NCBI RefSeq assembly: GCF_900232105.1
Contig: NZ_LT934425.1
Span: forward strand, 2,130,001-2,162,000
Reading direction: 5' to 3'
DNA: 32,000 nucleotides
Source of the DNA: Candidatus Kuenenia stuttgartensis
GTDB lineage: Bacteria; Planctomycetota; Brocadiia; Brocadiales; Brocadiaceae
The notes beneath the pieces are model-generated. The model searched no databases, had not been told where the DNA came from, and saw only the letters and a program-made list of their open reading frames with translations. Position numbers and translations under genes: made by a program. Positions 16,487 through 24,749 of this stretch are shown one piece after another. The first letter of the stretch is position 1, and every line of letters starts with the position of its first letter.

Positions 16487-17201
16487 GCCAGATTTCAATA
16501 CAGAAGTTGTAGTAATACTCCAAGCCCGCACAGGTTCTACGAGGCTACCAAATAAGGTTTTGAGATGTTTGGCGGGTAGACCAATGTTGTCGCATTGTAT
16601 TCAAAGGCTTAAGAGAATTGGTGATGGATATCACGTAATCGTAGCAACCTCTACCCTGAATAGAGATTATACTTTGGAGAAATTGGCAATTAAAGAAGGA
16701 GTATTATGTTACAGGGGGGGTGAGAAAGATGTTCTTGATCGTTACTACCATGCAGCGAAATCTGCAGGGGCTAAATTTGTGATCAGGGCAACTGGTGACA
16801 ATCCGTTGGTATGCCCTGAAGAGGCAAAAAGAGTTGTTGAATGCATAACAAGTCAAAAAGTGGATTATGTAACCGGGATAGAAGAAGTAGAAGGTTTAAA
16901 ACTACCGACAGGTGTCGGCGTAGAGGCGTTCACTTTTAAAGCGCTTGAACGATCATGGTTAGAAGGTAACAAAGAGCATCACCGTGAACATGTTAACGAA
17001 TATATTCTTGAGAATCCTGGAATTTTTAGCATAGTCAGGCTCTCCTGTATGCCCCAAAATAGTTGCCCCGAACTCAGTCTGACAATTGATACTAATGATG
17101 ATTTTGAATTTATTGAGGAGATGTTAAGCGGTTTTATTAAGCCTGCAACCGAGATAACTACATCCGAGATTATTAAATGGTGGAGAAAAAGAATAAACTG
17201 A
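16473..17201 (+). CDS. Cytidylyltransferase (SpsF/FlmC-type, putative CMP-nonulosonate synthetase)
   Basis: VVILQARTGSTRLPNKVL..L.GRPML is the SpsF-type CTP-transferase opening. 14-nt overlap with the synthase gene. Confidence 0.75.
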   Translation: MMPFKPDFNTEVVVILQARTGSTRLPNKVLRCLAGRPMLSHCIQRLKRIGDGYHVIVATSTLNRDYTLEKLAIKEGVLCYRGGEKDVLDRYYHAAKSAGAKFVIRATGDNPLVCPEEAKRVVECITSQKVDYVTGIEEVEGLKLPTGVGVEAFTFKALERSWLEGNKEHHREHVNEYILENPGIFSIVRLSCMPQNSCPELSLTIDTNDDFEFIEEMLSGFIKPATEITTSEIIKWWRKRIN

Positions 17202-18220
17202 TAGTTTTTCGCCTTGATGCTGGTCATGAAAGGGGAATGGGGCATCTGTACCGTATGATGACCCTGGCAGATGAATTTAGAAGAAAAGGGCATGACTGTC
17301 TGTTTGTATTAAAAAGAAATGATGTGGCGTCAAGAATTCTTGACAGCGTAAAGTTTAGATGTCTATCTTATCCAGTACATCTTACAGAAGAAGATATAGT
17401 AGAAAAATACTTCAAAGACGAGTTGGAACCTGATCTTTGGATATTTGATATTCTCTCCACTGACGAGACGTTGGTTGTACGGACTAAATCCATGGGGGTA
17501 CCTGTTGTATCATTTGATGATTTAAAGGGTGGTTTGCTCCATGCGGATCTTGTTGTGAATGCCATTGCAGGTTGCTGGGATGAGGAAAGTAAGGTCTCAG
17601 GGCGTATTCCACATGTATTAAGCGGGCCTCGATACGCAATTATTACGTCTGATATAATTAATCTGAAATACAAGAAAAAAATGCCTCAAGAAGACATTAG
17701 GATTGGGGTAACAATGGGAGGAAGTGATACACATGGCGCTACAGTAAAGATTGGACAAGTATTATCCCGTTTTGATGAAAAAGATATGTATGTGAATTTT
17801 TTTCTCGGACCACATTTCATGCATGACATTGAGATGGATGAGATGCTAGCAGCATTTTCACATCCATTTACCGTGAAAAAAGGGGTTTCGGATTTGTATG
17901 TAGAGTTGATTAATAATAATTTGGTCATATGCGGAGGCGGGCAAACTATGTTTGAGTTGTGCTCAATGGGAATGCCTGTTATGGCTCTGGCAAATGAGGT
18001 TCATGAAGAAAAGACCATTAGATATTTTGAGCGCAATGGAGCATGCATCGATATAGGTTCCGTTCATAAGGAACTTGATGATGAGAAGATGTGTAAGTTT
18101 ATTGATGAGATCAAGTACGATTTGGATAAACTGAACCGGTTGGCAGTGAATGCTGTCCAATTAGTTGACGGTAAGGGAACCAAGAGATGTTACAGTGCGT
18201 GTGCAGTCTTAATCAACTAA
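17177..18220 (+). CDS. PseG/SpsG-like nucleotide-sugar hydrolase (GT-B fold)
   Basis: LIVFRLDAGHERGMGHLYRMMTLADEF mirrors the PseG opening (R-x-DA-x-x-x-G-x-GH-x-x-R-x-x-x-LA). C-terminal GGGQTMFELCSMGMP is a GT-B-type motif. Confidence 0.7.
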   Translation: MVEKKNKLIVFRLDAGHERGMGHLYRMMTLADEFRRKGHDCLFVLKRNDVASRILDSVKFRCLSYPVHLTEEDIVEKYFKDELEPDLWIFDILSTDETLVVRTKSMGVPVVSFDDLKGGLLHADLVVNAIAGCWDEESKVSGRIPHVLSGPRYAIITSDIINLKYKKKMPQEDIRIGVTMGGSDTHGATVKIGQVLSRFDEKDMYVNFFLGPHFMHDIEMDEMLAAFSHPFTVKKGVSDLYVELINNNLVICGGGQTMFELCSMGMPVMALANEVHEEKTIRYFERNGACIDIGSVHKELDDEKMCKFIDEIKYDLDKLNRLAVNAVQLVDGKGTKRCYSACAVLIN

Positions 18221-18227
18221 GATATTT

Positions 18228-19280
18228 ATGATGCTTCAGAAAATAAAAGTAAATTCATTCCAGAAAAGGTTCGATAGCCGGTGGAGAAACTTTATTTTTA
18301 ACTGGAATCAAGGGAATATTATAAAATATTACTTGAACAGATACCAGTGGAACATGTATCCAAAGATGGGCAAGGTATCAGCCTTTCCTCTCCATGTCGA
18401 CATTGAGACGACGGCCAAATGCAATTTGCGTTGCGGCATGTGCCCCAGCCGGGAGCTTTCGAAAGAAAAGTATGGTGAATACGGTAATATGAAGATGGAA
18501 CTTTTCAGGAAACTGGTCGATGAATGCACAGAGAATAAGGTTTTTTCCATCCGCCTAAGCTGGAGAGGAGAGGTTTTAATCAATCACGATCTTGTCAAAT
18601 TTGTTCACTATGCAAAGGTTGTCAAGAAGATTCCAAATGTTTCTTTTTTGACCAATGGCAGTCTTTTAAAGGGAGAACTTGCCGAGAAGTTAATAGATTA
18701 TGGTGTCGATTATATTTCGGTATCTATTGACGGTATGGATGGTATGTACGAGAAGATACGGTATCCGTTAAAGTTCCGATCAATTTGTGAAAACCTGAAA
18801 AATTTCAAGGAATTGAAGAGGAAAAAAGGGAAGAAGAAACCTGTTATCCGTGTAACAACCCTGTGGCCTGCTATTGCTCAAGATCCTGAAGCCTTCTATA
18901 CGCGAATGAGCTCTATATGTGACAAGATTGTTTATAACCCGCTGAAAGACTACAGCATCACTGAACCTCAGAAAAAGGATTTTATTTGCCAGTTTCCGTG
19001 GGAGAGGCTGTTTGTAGGTTTTGATGGAAAAGTACAGCCGTGTAGCATAACGACAGACAGTTTTGTCATTGGTGATACAAATAAAAACAGTTTGAAGGAT
19101 ATTTGGCAAAGTACCGAAATGAACGATTTAAGGAATGTCCATTCAAAAATTAAGCGTATGGATGTAATCCCCTGCAATAAATGTAGCTATGGCATTGATT
19201 ATTCTAAATTATGGGAAGGTAGGGACTGGACCAAATGGAATCCTGAAGAACTAAATCAATTGAGTAAGGGAAACCAATAG
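18228..19280 (+). CDS. Radical SAM enzyme with SPASM-like C-terminal Cys motifs
   Basis: TTAKCNLRCGMCPS contains CxxxCxxC. Further Cys residues lie in CQFPW...VQPCS...IPCNKCSY. Confidence 0.75.
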   Translation: MMLQKIKVNSFQKRFDSRWRNFIFNWNQGNIIKYYLNRYQWNMYPKMGKVSAFPLHVDIETTAKCNLRCGMCPSRELSKEKYGEYGNMKMELFRKLVDECTENKVFSIRLSWRGEVLINHDLVKFVHYAKVVKKIPNVSFLTNGSLLKGELAEKLIDYGVDYISVSIDGMDGMYEKIRYPLKFRSICENLKNFKELKRKKGKKKPVIRVTTLWPAIAQDPEAFYTRMSSICDKIVYNPLKDYSITEPQKKDFICQFPWERLFVGFDGKVQPCSITTDSFVIGDTNKNSLKDIWQSTEMNDLRNVHSKIKRMDVIPCNKCSYGIDYSKLWEGRDWTKWNPEELNQLSKGNQ

Positions 19281-19282
19281 CC

Positions 19283-20167
19283 ATGGATATTGAAAAAATG
19301 AAGGCTGAAGTCAAGGCTTCCAAAATAGAAATCAATGAACTTCCCAGATATTCGCCATGGCCATCAAGATTATTTGGTCTTTCTGATTGGGATATAAAAC
19401 ATCGAAACAATGTTATAGTTTCGCATGAATATGGTGAAAAATGGGGTCGCTTGTTGTCTAAATATCAAGAAAGAAAATTCACTAACATAAACGAAGTACT
19501 TCACTACCTCTTTGATACACACTTTTCTGACAATATACTGTTTCATATATATGAGAATATCTATTATTCTGCAAATACGCCAGTTTTTTGGGATTTTTTC
19601 TACAATCAGATTATTCAGGCTATTACAAGGTATTTAACACCAAACGATACATTAGTTGAAATGGGTTGTGGTTGGGGAAGAAACCTTTTTACCTTATATC
19701 AACGTAAATTATTTAAAAATGCCATTGGTGGAGAATTTACACAGGAGGGGATAACACTTGGAAATCTCATTGCTAAAGAATTTAATGTGCCATTAGAGTT
19801 CTTTCACTTTGATTACTATAACCCCAAACAGGAATTTATGGAGAAGATCAACGGTACAGTAGTTTTTTCCCACAATAGCATAGAACAGATTACTCAAATG
19901 CCACAAAAAACTATTTTATCATTGATTGAAAACAGACCTAAGATTGTCTTTCATTTTGAACCTATATACGAATATCGAAACAAGGATACCCTTCTTCATT
20001 ATATGTGGAAACGGTATACTCAAGTAAACGAATATAATATTAATCTTTTGACTTTATTAAAGGATTTTGAAAAGAAAGGCCAAATAAGGATTGATCTAGA
20101 AGTTCCTCATGTCCTGGGACTCAATGCCTTTAATCCTGGAAGTTTTATAGTGTGGCAGCCTATTTAA
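19283..20167 (+). CDS. Class I SAM-dependent methyltransferase
   Basis: LVEMGCGWGRNL glycine-rich motif I. 2-nt gap from the upstream gene. Confidence 0.6.
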   Translation: MDIEKMKAEVKASKIEINELPRYSPWPSRLFGLSDWDIKHRNNVIVSHEYGEKWGRLLSKYQERKFTNINEVLHYLFDTHFSDNILFHIYENIYYSANTPVFWDFFYNQIIQAITRYLTPNDTLVEMGCGWGRNLFTLYQRKLFKNAIGGEFTQEGITLGNLIAKEFNVPLEFFHFDYYNPKQEFMEKINGTVVFSHNSIEQITQMPQKTILSLIENRPKIVFHFEPIYEYRNKDTLLHYMWKRYTQVNEYNINLLTLLKDFEKKGQIRIDLEVPHVLGLNAFNPGSFIVWQPI

Positions 20168-20168
20168 T

Positions 20169-21227
20169 ATGAAAAATCTTTTTATTATAGGCATATTCAG
20201 ATCTGGAACATCTTTGCTCTCAACAGCATTGAATACGCACAAAAATATAATTGTCGGCTGGCAACCTTACATGTTGTTTTTTAAGGCTTGCCGAAACAAG
20301 TATTTTAAAGAGATGTTGAGGGTTCCCTTTGATGAAAAAAACCCTATGGGTATTAATTACTTTAAGACAGTAAAAGATAGAGAACTTTTTCGTGAAGTTT
20401 TTCATTTAATCAGGTTCAATGCTACGGAACTCAGCACTATATTGTCTGAAATTAGGGACTACCTCCTCAGCGATAATGAGAAGATGAATAAAGATATGAA
20501 GCCACATGATCTGGCAAAAAATCTTGACGGTATAGAACCGGGATTCGCCGGGTATATATTAATGCAGTTAATGGAAAGATTATATCTCTCACAAATAATT
20601 ACACGTAATTGGGATATTAAATTTATAGGAATCAAAGAGGTTTTTTGTGAAGAATTTATTGAACCATTATTTAATTATTGCAACTTGAATTCAAAAGTTG
20701 TTCACATAATAAGAGATCCCAGAGCAGTGGTTGCATCCAGAAATTTTGGGAAATATATGGAAGCAACAGGCGCAAAGTACCCCATCTTTTTCATCATCAG
20801 GAGTTGGAAAAGAACAGTGGCAAACTATCTACTAAATAAATGTAATAGCAACTATTTAATGATAAGGTATGAAGACTTAGTTAGAAAGCCTGAAACAACA
20901 ATGAAAAAAGTTTGCGAGCTACTGGAGGTTCAATATTCAAATGACCTATTAAATTTAAGCAACTTTAAGGACAATAAAGGAAGAAGATGGGAATCGAACA
21001 CTTCATTTGATGGTTCTAAAACCATAACCACTTCGTCTGTGAACAAATGGGAAGATATTTTATCTGCCGAAGAAATTGAAGTTGTTGAGTATTATTGTCA
21101 ATCTGAGTTAAATACTTTAGGATACGAAAGAACAACAAAAAGCTTTGATCAAAAAAAAATTTTAAATTTCCAAGAGGATACATCAAACATTTGTGAATGG
21201 TTAAGGGAATATGATTTTAGTTTTTGA
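20169..21227 (+). CDS. PAPS-dependent sulfotransferase-family protein
   Basis: IIGIFRSGTSLL (5'-phosphosulfate-binding loop) and IIRDPRAVVAS (3'-phosphate-binding motif). Confidence 0.7.
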   Translation: MKNLFIIGIFRSGTSLLSTALNTHKNIIVGWQPYMLFFKACRNKYFKEMLRVPFDEKNPMGINYFKTVKDRELFREVFHLIRFNATELSTILSEIRDYLLSDNEKMNKDMKPHDLAKNLDGIEPGFAGYILMQLMERLYLSQIITRNWDIKFIGIKEVFCEEFIEPLFNYCNLNSKVVHIIRDPRAVVASRNFGKYMEATGAKYPIFFIIRSWKRTVANYLLNKCNSNYLMIRYEDLVRKPETTMKKVCELLEVQYSNDLLNLSNFKDNKGRRWESNTSFDGSKTITTSSVNKWEDILSAEEIEVVEYYCQSELNTLGYERTTKSFDQKKILNFQEDTSNICEWLREYDFSF

Positions 21228-21378
21228 AACATATCTTAACAAGTTATTGTAAAATTGGTGAAGTAATTGTTTTTATAAACTGCATGAAGGTGAATCCTGC
21301 TGGATTATTGGTAATAGTCCCTCTATAAATCAGACAAACCTTCTAATGTTAAAAGGTAGTGTTGCTTTTGCTGTTAAC
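21064..21378 (+). repeat. Copy A of a diverged direct duplication spanning the sulfotransferase 3' end, the intergenic spacer and the first ~32 codons of the downstream transferase gene
   Basis: Colinear with 22316..22662. Copy A lacks a ~32-bp stretch (ctgaataaaaaagaaatagaaagattaagaga) that contains the transferase start codon. Scattered substitutions throughout. Confidence 0.85.
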
Positions 21379-21767
21379 GAGGGGAACAGGGTTACATCTG
21401 GACATTTGATTTTGAGGAAAAACTTGCTTTCATAAGTTGCATTCAACTTTCAAAAGAAGTTTCAACAGAGTATTGGACAGCACTCAAAGAAATTTTCAAA
21501 AAATCAAAAAACGAAAGTTTTATACTTGCATTAGACAAAGTGACTAAAGAAATATGAAACGAAATACTTTGGAACATAAAAGAAGCCCAGCAGATAACAG
21601 CACCTACCCCAAAATGGCTGTTCAGTGGTTAATTAAAGCTTTGTACATCTATCAAAGTTCTGTGCAGTTTGATAGTTTAGTGCTTCGAAATCGCCACCTT
21701 CGGGTAGCTGTAAACTGTTACCTGCCATTTTAGAGAGACAACAAAACAACTAAGAGAGAATTAAAAA

Positions 21768-22274
21768 ATGATATCAATGCAATATCCTGAACGACATAGC
21801 AATCATACTTTAGAGCAGAAATCGGAGACCTTTTTTATGCAACATTTACCGCAGGATTGGATTGCAACGACACCCAAAAAGGACTACGGACAAGATTTGA
21901 ATTTGGAAATATGTGAAGAAGGACAATATCGTAGCTTGGATTTGATAGTTCAATTAAAATCATCTGCGACAAGCAATATTCTAAATAATAGAGAAAGACA
22001 TCAACTAAAGGTTTCAACTTACAATTATTTATGGGACAATCTTAGGGTTGTTCTCATTGTAAAATATATTGAAGATGAAAATGAAGCATATTGGACACTT
22101 TTAAAAGATGTTGAACCGCCAGCAAATCCTGAACAAGAAAATTTCATGATTTATTTCCCACGGCAAAATAAACTCTCTGAAATTAACTGGAGCGACATAA
22201 TTAACTATGTAAGACAAGTTACAGACAAAAAATTAGCATCAACGAGAGCAAAGAATAAACAAAATCACAGCTAA
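21768..22274 (+). CDS. DUF4365-like restriction-endonuclease-fold protein
   Basis: E.KSETFFMQHLPQDWIATTPKKDYGQDLNLEI....LDLIVQLKSS fits the DUF4365 pattern (DyGiD...vQlK). Confidence 0.6.
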   Translation: MISMQYPERHSNHTLEQKSETFFMQHLPQDWIATTPKKDYGQDLNLEICEEGQYRSLDLIVQLKSSATSNILNNRERHQLKVSTYNYLWDNLRVVLIVKYIEDENEAYWTLLKDVEPPANPEQENFMIYFPRQNKLSEINWSDIINYVRQVTDKKLASTRAKNKQNHS

Positions 22275-22315
22275 ACATTGAGGTAATGAGACTAGCAAAC
22301 AAAATACTTGCTTAG

Positions 22316-22479
22316 CTGCCGAAGAAATTGAAGTTGTTGAGTATTATTGTCAATCTGAGCTAAATACTTTAGGATACGAAAGGACAACAAAAAGCTTTGA
22401 TCAAAAAACAATTTCAAATTTCCAGGAGGATAAATCAAAAATTTCTGAATGGTTAAGGAAATATGATTTTGGTTTTTGA
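22316..22479 (+). pseudogene. Orphan 3' fragment of the sulfotransferase gene
   Basis: Translates AEEIEVVEYYCQSELNTLGYERTTKSFDQKTISNFQEDKSKISEWLRKYDFGF*, paralogous to the last ~54 aa of 20169..21227. No upstream coding part. Confidence 0.8.
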
Positions 22480-22662
22480 ACCATATCTTAACGAGTTATT
22501 GTAAAATTGGTGAATTAATTGCTGAATAAAAAAGAAATAGAAAGATTAAGAGATTTTTATAAACTGCATGAAGGTGAATCTTGCTGGATTATTGGTAACG
22601 GTCCTTCCATCAATCAGACAAACCTTTTAACGTTAAAAGGTAGCGTTACTTTTGCGGTTAAT
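22316..22662 (+). repeat. Copy B of the diverged direct duplication (see 21064..21378)
   Basis: Begins ctgccgaagaaattgaagttgttgag and ends ...tttgcggttaat. It includes the functional 5' end of gene 22519..24384. Confidence 0.85.
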
Positions 22663-24384
22663 GCTTTTATTACCCATAAAAACTTTGAGAGGCTTCTACC
22701 AACCTATTATGTAGCTACTAATCCACGATTGATGCGGTCTGATTTCCTCAAAGATGACCTAATTCCCAGGTTGCAGAAAAATGATATTACTTGTTTTTTA
22801 AACTGTGAAGCAAAACCAATAATCGGCCATCCTTATGAGAGTCTATACTATATTGAAACTACTGAGTCGCCGTTAATTGTTGATGCTGGCTATAATCTGG
22901 ATATTACAAAACGTTTACATGGAACTCGGGTATCTGTTGTTATTCAGGCTGTGATTCCAATAGCCGTTTATATGGGATTTAAGCAAATTTTTTTAGTGGG
23001 TTGCGACAATGACTATAAAGATTTGAGTATGGAAAAAGCACATTTTTACGGAACTGCTGAACACTGCCCCAACCTTTTGAAATTAAACAACACAGCCAGA
23101 GAGTTATATCCAAGTTATTTTATAAAAAAGGAAACTACGGCCATACAGAATTCGCTCGATGGTAACGAAGAATTTTCCATTGTATATCGTGAAGTAAAAA
23201 AATTAGGCGTAAAAATATATAACTGTACAAAAGGTGGAAAACTTGAGGTATTTCCCAGACTCCGGTTTGAGGACGTCGTCAAAAAAACCACATTAAATCG
23301 CATAATTCTGCACTCATCCCCTCTGCGCAAGATTGATAAATGTTGTGCGGAACAACTGCTGCCGGCATACCATTCTATTGTAATATCAAATATTGACAAA
23401 AACTTCGATTACGGTGAAATGCCTGTGTATGAGCAGGAAATACTGTGCAAGTTAATAAAAAATCAAAATCCAAAAACAATTTTTGAAATCGGCACCTTTC
23501 AGGGAGCAACCACAACCCACCTTGCAGCAAATAGCGATGCAATTGTATATACGCTCGACCTGCCACCAAAGGGCCACATAGATTATCACCCTCCAGATAT
23601 GAATGATCCTGAACTGGACGTTTATCCTGATCAACCAGGCATTAAACATTTCTCAAGCGCGTATGCAGACAGAATCACACAACTATATGGAGATACCCGC
23701 AGTTTCGATTATTCATCATATTACGGGCAGATGGATATTGTATTTGTTGATGGCTGTCATCATTACGACTTCGTACTAAGAGACAGTCTGAATGCTTTCA
23801 AAATGATTAAACCTGATGGGATGATTATCTGGCACGATTATGCTGATTACGCACCGGGTGTAATGAAGGCACTGAACGTTATCAGCGAGAGATACTCACT
23901 AACGCATATTGAAGGAACCAGTTTGGTTGTATATTCCGGAAAATGGGGAGAAATAGACAACAAATCTGAAATAAATACCTCAATATCAGCATACAGTGAA
24001 ACAGAATTATTCAATATGGTTCAAAAAATGATCGATGAAAAAAACTTTGCGTTGGCTAGAACAACTGTCTCAAAGTCGCTTGAAATGTTTCCTGCTTCAG
24101 TTAACCTGCTTTATGCAAAAGCCAAAATAAACATTGAAACAGGCCACATTGATGAGGCGCAGATAACTCTATTAAAAATAATAGAAATTTCACCAGAAAA
24201 TCTTAATGCCTTAAACGGTTTGGCTTCTATAGAAATAAACAAAGGAAATATAGAAGCTGCAATAGAATTCTTAAGAGACATATTGATTCTTGAACCGAAT
24301 AATCAAGCAGCACTGGCGCTTATTTCCGATATTAAAACGAAGTTACTTAGTCTTTCACATGCTAAGAAGGAGAATTTATATTGA
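22519..24384 (+). CDS. Three-domain protein: GNGPS-motif DUF115/MptE-like (Maf / sialyltransferase-like) domain + class I SAM methyltransferase (Methyltransf_24-like) + TPR repeats
   Basis: N-terminal domain: CWIIGNGPSINQTNL...VIPIAVYMGFKQIFLVGCDNDY. Middle domain: IFEIGTFQGATTTHLA...IVFVDGCHHYDFVLRDS...PDGMIIWHDY. C-terminal domain: TPR-like repeats (LEMFPASVNLLYAKAKINIETGHIDEA...EPNNQAALALI). TTG start with ggtga upstream. Confidence 0.7.
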   Translation: MLNKKEIERLRDFYKLHEGESCWIIGNGPSINQTNLLTLKGSVTFAVNAFITHKNFERLLPTYYVATNPRLMRSDFLKDDLIPRLQKNDITCFLNCEAKPIIGHPYESLYYIETTESPLIVDAGYNLDITKRLHGTRVSVVIQAVIPIAVYMGFKQIFLVGCDNDYKDLSMEKAHFYGTAEHCPNLLKLNNTARELYPSYFIKKETTAIQNSLDGNEEFSIVYREVKKLGVKIYNCTKGGKLEVFPRLRFEDVVKKTTLNRIILHSSPLRKIDKCCAEQLLPAYHSIVISNIDKNFDYGEMPVYEQEILCKLIKNQNPKTIFEIGTFQGATTTHLAANSDAIVYTLDLPPKGHIDYHPPDMNDPELDVYPDQPGIKHFSSAYADRITQLYGDTRSFDYSSYYGQMDIVFVDGCHHYDFVLRDSLNAFKMIKPDGMIIWHDYADYAPGVMKALNVISERYSLTHIEGTSLVVYSGKWGEIDNKSEINTSISAYSETELFNMVQKMIDEKNFALARTTVSKSLEMFPASVNLLYAKAKINIETGHIDEAQITLLKIIEISPENLNALNGLASIEINKGNIEAAIEFLRDILILEPNNQAALALISDIKTKLLSLSHAKKENLY

Positions 24385-24722
24385 CAAGACTTGAAGCCTG
24401 GTTTCATACAGTTAATGCCTATAAAGTCCGATATGAAGAACTCTATTCTAATCCTGTGGAAACTCTCAAAGGTATTGAAGAAGATAGAATTTCAGAAATT
24501 GTGGCAAAAAATTCTTTTAGCAAGAAAGCAGGCCAAATACCTGGAGAGGAAGCAAAAGATTCCCCTGCGAGAAAAGGAATTGTTGGAGATTGGAAAAACT
24601 ATTTTGATGCTGAGTGTGTTTCTACCTTTAAAGCGGCATATAATGGGCGTTGGAATAAATTGCTTATAGAACTTGGATATGAGAATTCTAAAAACTTGCA
24701 AAATAATAAAATTACAGAATAG
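24381..24722 (+). pseudogene. C-terminal half of a Sulfotransfer_1-like sulfotransferase (N-terminal PAPS loop missing)
   Basis: VRYEELYSNP...ARKGIVGDWKNYFDAE...LGYE is the C-terminal signature (RKGxxGDWKNxF). The ORF starts at a TTG overlapping the upstream stop (TTGA). No 5'-PSB motif. Confidence 0.6.
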
Positions 24723-24749
24723 AGATAAAGGTTTTTTAAAAAGACAAAG

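Noticed and set aside
24391-24669. Alternative-frame ORF 24391..24669 overlapping the sulfotransferase fragment
   Set aside because: The overlapping frame 24381..24722 carries the recognisable RKGxxGDWKNxF motif; this one has none.
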